From positions 32,001 through 96,000 of the IMG/VR virus record IMGVR_UViG_3300021400_000126: a DNA stretch of 64,000 nucleotides. One strand, 5' to 3'. A model generated the notes under the pieces. That model did not search any database, was not told the origin of the DNA, and saw only the letters and a program-made list of their open reading frames with translations. A program made the translations under genes and the position numbers. The stretch is from a virus. Lineage: Duplodnaviria; Caudoviricetes. Shown here in pieces: positions 53,949 to 64,000 of this stretch (within the stretch, counting starts at the first letter, position 1; each line of letters starts with the position of its first letter).

Positions 53949-54782
53949 TTAATTATAAAATCCGTTACCATTGCATCCACAGCCGCCATTTTGTCCACAG
54001 GTAAAGATAGGCTGTCTTCCATAAACTGGAATAGAAGGAACCGGACAATTACTTAATCTATTGTAAAGAGCATCAACTTCATTAGTAAGTCCTGCTTGAA
54101 TAAAAGCGTTCTGAGCACTCTGACTTTCACGAAGAGTAGCCATATTAAGTTGTGTTTGCAAATTAGCATTTTCAGTTTTAAGAGCATCAATTTCTTGTTG
54201 ACAAAGTTTGTCAAGAATAGCTTGAGTATTTGCGGTGTTAGAGGCGATTACATCTCTTAACGCATCAGAAACTGCATTTCTATCAGCGCAAGCCTCAGTT
54301 GCTACAGTGTATTTTAAATCAGCAACTGCCGCCCTATTGTCACAACAGCACTGTTGAAGTGCAGATTGGATACTAAAGTTCTGTTGCATATCAGCCATTT
54401 GTCTTGCATTATTAGCAATTTCAGCCTGTGCAAAACCATTAGCTACAGCACCATTTACATCTGCAAATCCATTACAAAGAGATTGTTGAACCCCAGCAAA
54501 ACCATTGCAAAGATTAGTAGAAATATTAGTAATACCGCTTGTGAGTGCGGCCTGGTCAAAACCTCTTTGAACATCAGAAGTAATGTAAGTTGCGCCATTG
54601 CCTCCTCCACCATTTCCATTACCGTTCCAGCCGTTGTTTCCCCAACCGCCCATTAAAACAATAATGAATAATAGAATAATCCAAGCACCATCGCCATTAA
54701 ATCCACCAAAACCGCCGCCATTACCATTCCCTGTTGCGGCTGCTATATCTGCTAAAGAATAACCATTATTATTATTAAACAT
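53949..54782 (-). CDS. Gly/Asn-rich TM + coiled-coil protein (QQCCCD motif)
   Basis: ORF; family common in Clostridia phages. Confidence 0.8.
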   Translation of the reverse strand: MFNNNNGYSLADIAAATGNGNGGGFGGFNGDGAWIILLFIIVLMGGWGNNGWNGNGNGGGGNGATYITSDVQRGFDQAALTSGITNISTNLCNGFAGVQQSLCNGFADVNGAVANGFAQAEIANNARQMADMQQNFSIQSALQQCCCDNRAAVADLKYTVATEACADRNAVSDALRDVIASNTANTQAILDKLCQQEIDALKTENANLQTQLNMATLRESQSAQNAFIQAGLTNEVDALYNRLSNCPVPSIPVYGRQPIFTCGQNGGCGCNGNGFYN

Positions 54783-54845
54783 TTATTTTCCTCTCTCTTT
54801 CTCAAAAAATAAAAATAATAATTATTTTAAAAACAAACAACTTAA

Positions 54846-55082
54846 TTAATAAAGTTGATTTTTAAAATTTGCAAACTACTTATCAAAATCTAATCCTCTT
54901 TGTTCAGCTAAATTCCGTGCCAAATTTTCTAAAGCTGAGTTATTTCCATTTTTTGCTAAATTTACCGCATTATTTAGAATAGGATTATTTAATTGATTTT
55001 TTTGTAGGATACTCATAACAAGTTGTTGAGGGTTAAAACCTCCTTTTATCAACTGAATTAATTGCATTGGATTTACGTTCAT
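54846..55082 (-). CDS. hypothetical protein (NPMQLIQ), TAG read-through
   Basis: DFDK*FANF. Confidence 0.75.
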
Positions 55083-55095
55083 AATTTTTCACCCC

Positions 55096-55614
55096 TTAAA
55101 GACCAATTATAGTTTTTTCTTGCTGACCCTTCACAATATTTTGCTATTGTGACAGTGGTCCATTTGTATTAATATTTGTTGTCTTATTGGGCTGTTGTTG
55201 AATAGATAACATCAATGCCTAAATTACTTTATTAAATTCTTCTTTTGTGACATATTCAGCCGATTCATATGGACTCTCATCTTTTGTTAAAACATAAGTT
55301 TTAAAAGCTGCTGTCCCATCGTTATTAACTTGTTTTGTGTAAATTCTTCCATTGCCAACATCGGTAAATACCCAAAGAGAACCATCTAAATCAATTTGAA
55401 ATGCTCTAGCTTCTTCTCTTGAAGAAACTGGTCTACATTTTAAAAATTGATTATTCATAAGATTTTGAGAATTATTCATTCTATTCATATAATTATCATA
55501 TGAATTATTATTCAATAACATGCTATTGTTCCCATATGGGAATTGCGCTTGCGGCTGCCCCATTAAATTAGGCGACTGCTGCATACCAATGTTAGGATTA
55601 TTGTAATTTGCCAT
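55096..55614 (-). CDS. Q/N-rich hypothetical protein, TAG read-through
   Basis: AGGAG RBS; RPVSS.EEA..IDLDGS..F.D. Confidence 0.75.
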
Positions 55615-55806
55615 TACTCTTCTCCTTTACATACCTTAAATAAGGACTTTTTATTACTTTACATTTTTCGCGAAAATGAAGAAATAAAATTATATTTTTT
55701 ATCTCTCACATATATATTAAAAATTCTTTAAATAAAATAATCGTTTTTGACCAAACTTTCTAAAATAAAAAATAAGGTTTAGAAAACCAATATCTTCTAA
55801 ACCTTA

Positions 55807-56295
55807 TTATTCCCAATTTATTTCATTATCAAATTTTTCAATATATGCATCAAAAATGCATATTGCATCAGCTTCATCATCATTGACAATTAAATTATAT
55901 TTATCTTTAACATATTTTTTATCTTGCGGTTTTAGCTACTGGCGCTTTATACCGCGTCCTTGTTTTATTTTAAGGGCTGCCCGCCACTCACTTGCACTAA
56001 TAAAATCATACTATATTTTAGGATTAATTTCATAAATAGCTACTACAATAACTGCTTGTAACCACATTAAGACTTTATTAGTATGAGAGTTATACTATGG
56101 TCGGACTTCTTCCATAACAACTTTATTAATCTAGTTCTAACGAATAATCTTACCTAGCTAATCCCGCATTTTTATAATACGTTTAACTACATCTTTTGAA
56201 CTAGCTGTTATGCATCCATGTTTTTTAAGCTATCCATCCTAACCAATAGCATAACCAGAGGAGCGGGTAGATAAATCTAATGTTAAAATTCTCAT
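55807..56295 (-). CDS. ruvC: RuvC-like Holliday junction resolvase (162 aa, about 8 in-frame TAG; absent from the ORF track)
   Basis: ILTLDLSTRSSGYA, VVMEE, ASEWR, NDDEADAICI. Confidence 0.85.
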
Positions 56296-56354
56296 ATACT
56301 CATCACCTCTTTATGAGCATATTATAATAAAAATTTTTCATATTGTCAAATTAA

Positions 56355-56615
56355 TCATTGCTCTTCTTCTACTATTCCTTCAACTTGTTCTGGTTGAGAT
56401 TGTTGAATTTGCTGTTGCATTTCTTGTTCTCTTTGTCTTTTTTTATTATATATATCATCATCAATTTTTCTTTTTTGATTTTTTACATCTTCCCAAATTT
56501 CTTTTATAATAAAATATTTTACTAAAAAAGGAAGATTTCTTTCATTATTTACTGTATTTATAATTTCTTGTTGAAAATCAAAACAACTTTCTTCAAATGT
56601 TTTCTCTGTATTCAT
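56355..56615 (-). CDS. hypothetical protein
   Basis: AGGAG RBS. Confidence 0.7.
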   Translation of the reverse strand: MNTEKTFEESCFDFQQEIINTVNNERNLPFLVKYFIIKEIWEDVKNQKRKIDDDIYNKKRQREQEMQQQIQQSQPEQVEGIVEEEQ

Positions 56616-56638
56616 ATCATTTTATCTCCTTTTATTTT

Positions 56639-59600
56639 TTATTTCCATTTTAAACCTGTTACAGTACTATTATGAGAATAGCCATTAATATCTACGCTTG
56701 TTCCTTTTATACTTCCAGAAAGTCCATTTTCTGATATAACAACATTTGATAATAATGAAGCAGATTGTAAATAATTTTGTAAGTATGCTTTATTAACTAT
56801 CTTTTTTAAAAAGCTCTCATTAACATAATTATCAATAATTGTTTTAATATAATCAACTAAAGGATAGTAATCTGTTTTTTTACCTTTCTTAAATTGTATT
56901 TGTGGTTTTTCTTTAAATTTAACTTCATTAATAAAAGTTCCTATATTTGCATTTTTTGCTATTATTTTAGGGGTCTAAAAAGTCCCATTAATAACAGCCA
57001 ATATATCTGGACTTCCTAAATAAACTGCACCAATTTTATCTTTTGTTTTATAACCAATTGAAGCTGTTTGATTCCCATTTGGTCCAAATTGAATTCTCGC
57101 TTTATCATTAAAAGAATATATTACTGGTTGTTTCTATGTTTTACCTTCTGTGCGCCAAGGAAGAATTTGCCATCCATTTGAATTTTTTCTTCCTACATAT
57201 ATCCCATGTCCAAAAGATGCTTTTCCATTGACTATTTCCCAATAATCTGAAGAATTTGTTTTTGATGAGTCTATTACAGAAAGGTCCATTCCATAAACAT
57301 TTCCATTAGCATAAAGACGAATACTATTTCCTTCTGTATTTCCTTCAAAAACCTTCGTTTTATTTTTATCTTTTCCTATTTTCCAAGGACCAAATATACC
57401 TTGATTAAAGGTAGCATTTCCTTTTCCATCAACTCTCCATCCAGAACCTGGTTCATACCCTTTTGATTGAATTGAGCCATCTGAATTAATTTTAATATAA
57501 CTAATAATAGTAGAACCTACTTGAATATAAGGAATTGTTTTGGAATCTGTTGATCCTGCATAAAGAGTAATCATATCATTCTGTGATTTTAAAGAACTAC
57601 CTCTAATTTTCCAACCACCAATACTTCCACTGTCAGCAGTAACTGTTCCTCTTATCGTAGCATTATTAAACTCTGCCTCTCCTTTTCCAGTAATTTGCCA
57701 TCCTCGTGTATCTGCTTTATAATTGCCACCACTTATAGTCCCTGTACTATTTATGATAATGTTATTTGCAGATAATGTTGTAGAACCAATTGTCCATCCA
57801 CCAATTTCACCACTATAAGCTCTTAAAGATCCTTGAGCAGTAACAGAAAAACGTTCTCCTAATGAAATACCATCTGTTCCTAAATAAACTTTTGCTGAAT
57901 TTTTTGTTGTACTATCTGCTGTATTAACCTTAGTTTCTCCACCATATGCTATATATGCTCTACTGGTGTCTCCATCTATAGTCCAATGGTACTTATTTTT
58001 ATTATTAACAGCACCAGGCCCTACTGTTACAACACCAGTATTAGAAATTTTTATTTTACTACCAATAGATAATCCTTGTTCAGAAAGGAAAAAACCATTA
58101 TTTGAATTATCTATTGAACTATGACTATTAGAATAAATAGAACCGTTATTTCTTAAAGTAATATTTCCTATTTTACTTGTTAAAGAATTATCTCCAATAT
58201 TCCAACCAGCAATAGAGCCTCCACCTTTTGCGGTTAAATGCCCTTTATCATCAACATTAAATTTTCCACTACCAAAATTAATAGATGGATCAGATAAATT
58301 AATTAACATACCTGTTCCATTTTTTGTGCTATAATTTCCACCATAAATTAACGCTTCTTGATCCTTAGTTGGATCTATTACAATTTGTCCAGCTCCACTT
58401 TTTCCAAATCTTGCGGAACCATTGTCACTATTTAAAAATATAGTTCTTTCTCCGTGATAATAACCAAAAAGCCCCATCTAAGTAGTATTTGAAGCGGGGT
58501 TTTTAACTCCACCCATTAAAACACCAGAAAAACCATTATCACTCTATTTTTTTCCTGCTCCAACTTGCGGTGATAAAATAAAACCTTTATCCTTATCTAT
58601 TTGAATATTATTTCCATCCCACTAATTAATATTTGCTAAACCATATTTATTTAATAAAAAATGAACAGGAATATTAATTTTTCCTATTATAATATCTTTT
58701 TGTGTTAAAATATCTTTTTGTGTTAAAACACAAACTATAGCATTATTAACAGACAATCCATCATAAATAGATTTAGGTTTAAAACTTTTTTGATTAGGTT
58801 TTAAATTATTTTTTTTCTCAATCTAAAACATATTAGAGGGAACTATTATTTCATATTTATTTTGTGAATTTTTATTTCTATAAGAACCAACAAAAGAAAA
58901 ACTATAATCAATTTTATATTCTTTTGTAAACTAAGAAATATTAATTCTTTTATCACTTTTATTGTCAATTAATTGTGTGCAAATAATTTCAAAAGGATTG
59001 GTTGAATCATATTTTGGAAATTTTCCACCACTATCATATAACACATATCTAAAACCAGTGTAATCTTTTAATTTTACTCTATAATCATCATTCCTTACCC
59101 ATGCAGTAATTATAGGGATTGTTCCATAATAAATTTTATTCTATAATTTTAAACTGCATTTTATAATATTAGCAAAAGATTGCGATTCATTAAAACTTTT
59201 AAAATAATTATTCTGTAATTTAAAAAATCCTTTAGAAGAATCATTTAAAATAAACATTGATTCATCTTTTTTATCACTTGAATATTCATTTTGTAAAATT
59301 TCCCATTTTACTTCTGTTGGAATAATTTGATTCTTTTGACCTTTCTTATCACTCCAAACAATCTGCCCATTATTCCATAACTAAATATTAAAAAATTTGT
59401 ATGCAGATTTTAAATTTAAGATATTCTATGAATTACTATTATTCAATCCATAATTTAATAAGTAACCCTCATCAGTTGTTCCTATTTTTGTTATCATAGG
59501 ATATAAAGGTGGTGTACTTGTATTAGTATTAGGAACCAATTTTATTACATACTAAGTTCCATTAGTTCCAGGCTATCCTGTTTTTACAAAAGTAAAATTA

Positions 59601-61693
59601 GTAGTTGCATTTAGCTTTATATTTTTATATTTAATAAAAAGTTTAATTTGATTTCTTTGCTTATCGACATAATAATTATTAGAAATTTGATAAATAATAT
59701 TAGTTTTATTATAATAATATTTATAATTTCCTGTAGAATCTTTTTTTGGTTCTACTGTTGGATTAATTCTATTATCTAAACTATCTTCTAATAAAGTATC
59801 TTTTGCGGGAAACTACCATCTTATTGTACAATTTTTATCTTTTGCTATAATGTCTGAATCAATAGCGTTTCCTAAATTATCAAAAACAGTAAAACTTAAT
59901 GATTGAATCTATTGAGGATTTTCTAAACTTTTACTGGTAGGAGAAGTCCCATTTTCATTATATTGATATGTTACAGTTCCATTATTTATAACAAGAGAAT
60001 ATTCACCTTCTTTTTCTAGTTTATTAGTTAAAGTAATCGCCGCGGTGCCTAAATATAAATCTTGATTATAAACAGAACATTTAAAAGTGCCTCTAGAAAT
60101 AATTCTATTTATTTGCACATCATATATTTTATTTTTTTCAACTCTTTGGATATATCTAAAATTTTTAAGTTTATTCTCTAAATCTTTAATTTCTTCTGTT
60201 TCTACTTCAATAAATTTTGTTTCATTTTTAATTGCATTTTGAAGATCTTTTAGTTTATCATTATATTTATTATATAAATCATTTTCCTTAGTTGTACTAG
60301 ATAATTCCTAAAAATTATTATTATTTGATTGATATCCCCAATAATAATGATATTCCTACTATTTTCTTTCTTTCCCATCTATTTTGCAAGTTAAAGTTGG
60401 ATGCCCATTATCATAATAAAATTGAGTACCATTACTAGATTCTATTGTGATTTCTGAAGCAGCTAAATTTTCAATATTAATTTCTTTTGTAATAATATTA
60501 TTATCATATAAAATCGCAACTTTAAATTTATTATTTCTTGCAGTAGCTTCTTTTATTTTTACTACATAAATATCATTTTTTGGAATCCATTCAATTACAG
60601 GATCCGTAGTTTCTGTTCCTTTTGAAATTAAATTACTTTCATTTAAACATTTCCATCCTTTTCCAAGATATTTATTATAATATCTATTATTAGCAAAAAC
60701 ACTTGCATTTTCACTACCCCAATAAAAATTAATTTTTTGGGTAGAAGAAGCTATTTTTCCTTTTACTTTTACTTGTGCGGTAATAGGAATTTCTGATAAT
60801 TCATTATTATAAAATACAGTTCCTCTTGGGGTATAAAAACTGATAGAAACTCCACTAATTTCATCCTAAGTCATCTTATTCATTCCTGTAAATTCTAAAG
60901 AAGAAATAAATATATCTGCATCTTCTTCTTCAATAAGAATAGAATTATTAGGACTTTCCTATGCTTCAAGAAAATCTTGACAAAAAATCTCAATAGAATC
61001 AATATTTTCAAAATTCTATCCATCAATATTAAAAATTTCATATTGACGCATTTCTGTAGTTAATCTATATGGATTTCCAATCATACTATCCTAATCTAAA
61101 ATATATGACCTAATAACCTCTTTGTTAGTTTCATTGTCAATAAATTTTAAATTAAATTGGATTCCATAATGTCCTCGAAATTGCTTTTCTGGCTAAATAT
61201 TTGTTTTAAAAACCGCGCCAATTAATAAAGATGATGATTTTTTAATATAATTTTCTATTTGAGAATTTATACTAATAAAATTCTTTGAATTTGGATAAAT
61301 TTTATATCTATATTTATCAATTTTAGTATTTAAATATAATGTATTAACTGAATTAATACAATTTGTTCCAACTGTATTATAGGCCTATTCTCCTTCTGCC
61401 TGAGAAATATAATTAATGCCTAATCTATTTACAGCCCCAATAATTGTTTTTTCTTTACTCATATCATTATCTGGAACAAGTATATACACATAAGATTTTT
61501 CATTATATGTTGTATCTACATTATTTGAATAAGCATATATAATTGCATCTTGATAACGACATTTATATTTTCCAATTGTTTCATCTTCACAAGAAATAAT
61601 TTGAGCTTGAATTGTTTTATCATAAGCAGCTTTTTTAATTGAATTTTCTGTAAGTAATTCAATTGCATCTAATATTTTACCACTTACACTCAT
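56639..61693 (-). CDS. large tail protein / tail spike (~1684 aa, TAG read-through)
   Basis: track ORFs 61693, 60118 and 58477 share one frame; G.IGGW.I repeats in the C-terminal half. Confidence 0.8.
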
Positions 61694-62027
61694 TTAATAA
61701 TTCCTCCTTGTATCTCTTCTTCTATATAATATATAGAAAATAATACAAAATAATTATCTAATATTGCCCTTTATATAAATTATAAAATATTTTTTCATTT
61801 TTGTCAATCATTTTCTAATATTTTATCATAATAATATCGAGTAACTATAAAAAAATCTTTTTTAGTAATATTTTTTTCTTTTACTAATTTTATCATATCT
61901 TTTATATTATAAGCACCGTGTTCCCATTTATATTTTATTACATTTATACTCTACAAATACTCCCCTTCTTTCTTTAAACAATAGAAAGAATGAGCAATAC
62001 CACTCATTCTTTCTATTATAAATATTT

Positions 62028-63998
62028 TTATCTCATAGCTCTTTGTGCGGCGAGATTAACTAAATCATTTAATGCTTCCTAAATTTCTTTTTTACTATTA
62101 ACATTTGGAAAACTTGCCTAAATTTTTACCTGTTGTTCTATTGCGCTTTTATTGTTAATATCTTTTGAAAAACCATTATTTAAATTTCCTAATTTAGAAA
62201 TTACATTCCCGCTCATAGAAGCCACAATTGAACGCATAATAGTAACAGAATCTAAAATATTTTTTGTATCTTCTTTATTTAAAACAAGTTCTTTTTCATG
62301 AAGAATTGCAGGACGACCCTCTGAACTGTTCCAATTTCCAGTGTAGCCACCAGTATCATAAACCGCTTTTTTATTACCTTGACTAACCCATGATTGTAAA
62401 TTTTTAAGATAAAATTGAGCGTTTCCTTTTAATTTATCTTTATCAAAAGATTGATACCATGAAGCATTTTTAATAATACTATTTTTATACTATTGATTAG
62501 GAACGACACTATCTCTTAAATATGCATGAACTCTATTGTACATTTCTTTTCCAAGCTATTCTCCAAAGACTTCAATCATATTTTTTCTTCGAGTTTCACC
62601 ATCTCCCCAACTTTTTGATAATAAAATACTACCAGCAATTCCCATAATAATATTTTTATCTGCCCCATCTATTTGTTGTAATTGACCTGCTTTAATAGAT
62701 TGGTCAACATTAAGAGATTTATCTTTCTATGTTTTTCCTTGGTGCTTTAAATCAGCTACATACTATGCTCGATTAGTTTGTAATAAACCGCTGTAATTAT
62801 CTGACTCCCATTGACCTTTATTTCCTTTTTTACCAGTATCTTTTTTCTGCTGTTGTTTTTTCTTTCTGGCAGCTTCGTCTGCTTCTCTTTTTGCGGCTGC
62901 CGCAGCCTGTTCTTCTTGAGCTTTGATAAATTTATGTATCGCATCAACAGCAGCTATTGCTTGCTTATAAACCTCTTTATATTTAAGACTTAAATCATGT
63001 GCAGCATCTCTTAATTTTTCAATACTTTTTAATTCAGTCTTCATTTGACTAATTAAAGTATCATTATTTTCAATTAATGGAGCATATTCTTTTGCAGATT
63101 CACTTACACCATCTTTCAAACTACCAAAATCAGTTCCTGCAACATTCGCTAAAGTATTTAATTCATCTTGATAATCTTTAGTTGCTATTCGAACTTTCTA
63201 AAATGATTTTTCACAAGCTGGAATGAAACCACCATCCTATGATGCAAATTTATCAATCATTTTTTGAATTCCAATATCCCATTCTGGAACCAATTGCTTC
63301 ATAAGAATTTCTTGTTCTGCATCAGACATATTTTGAAATTTTTGAACATCTTCATCATAAAGATAAGCCAAATCTGAAAAAGCATCTTCTTTTAAATATT
63401 TTCTTATATTAAGATTACTCTAAGTTTTATTATTAATGTACTAATTATAATTATCATTTAATAATTTTTGTCTTTCAAGTCGTTCTTCTTCAGTTAAAGA
63501 CATATCTAATTGAATCTCTTTATATTTTTCTTGGAACTCTTCCCAAGCCGAAAGCATTTCTTCTAAATTACTTTTATATTTATCTAAATCAAAATTATAA
63601 AGATCATTTAATGCATCTGCATATCCAGATTCAGCTTCTTCAATAGCATCATTATCAGCTACATATTCATAAGAATAATTGCCTTGAGAATCTCTTTTTA
63701 ATTGCATTGAAGTTTTTGCGGAACGTGAATCTTCTAAAGCAATCCTAGCTTGCTCAACCTATAAAAGTTTTTGAGCGCGATCTATATCATACTGAGACAC
63801 CTTTTGTTTATTTTTTAAGATATTTAATTGTTCATTCATTAATTTCTTTAATTCTTTTTGATTTTTAATAGTTTTAGTATCATCAATTGCTTTCTGATAT
63901 TTTCTTTGAGTCTATTGAATAGCAAAAGCAGAATTAATAGTATCTAAATACTATTCTCCATTTTTCTTCATCAAATCCCATTCCATATTGAGATAATC
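62028..63998 (-). CDS. tape-measure-like protein, C-terminal part (5'-truncated by the window; TAG read-through)
   Basis: long coiled coil; DTGGYTG.W, LHEKELVLN..DT, I*ASFPNV. Confidence 0.8.
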
Positions 63999-64000
63999 TG

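Noticed and set aside
58691-58728. 18-bp tandem duplication in the tail protein
   Set aside because: Simple in-frame slippage (LTQKDI twice); nothing suggests a dedicated system.
39177-63998. Late genes as pseudogenes or sequencing errors
   Set aside because: In the frames checked, interruptions are TAG, the frame is preserved over kilobases, and a CUA suppressor tRNA is present.

Overview
AT-rich fragment of a large tailed phage, most likely infecting gut Clostridia/Firmicutes (sigmaA-type promoters, AGGAGG RBS, AA-ending tmRNA tag). Layout: 1-2850, small hypothetical genes. About 2850-17300, an early cassette region: short genes, each with its own TTGACA/TATAAT promoter and terminator, interspersed GC-rich CCCGGG elements, and three arrays of palindromic boxes. 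About 17950-20950, a skewed non-coding region with a large inverted repeat and a few minus-strand genes. 21000-31900, middle genes (Zn-ribbon paralogs, kinase-like protein, RpoD-like sigma factor). 31900-36900, a tRNA/tmRNA/ncRNA island. 37000-38900, a DUF2828/vWA (TROVE/Ro-like) gene. 39200-64000, two convergent blocks of late/virion genes. Main observations: (1) TAG is a stop in early genes but a sense codon in late and many middle genes. Paralogs inside this window and motif contexts point to Glu rather than the usual Gln, and the amber (CUA) suppressor tRNA has a tRNA-Glu-type D arm. (2) Two tRNA genes are interrupted at position 36/37 by compact inserts that encode PD-(D/E)XK endonucleases and have no room for a group I core; each insert ends in the reverse complement of the anticodon. 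(3) Four stem-closed ACAGCAA small RNAs, two carrying tRNA or anticodon mimics, lie upstream of the Ro-like gene. Merged gene coordinates assume TAG read-through. Product calls rest on motif recognition only; no database searches were run.
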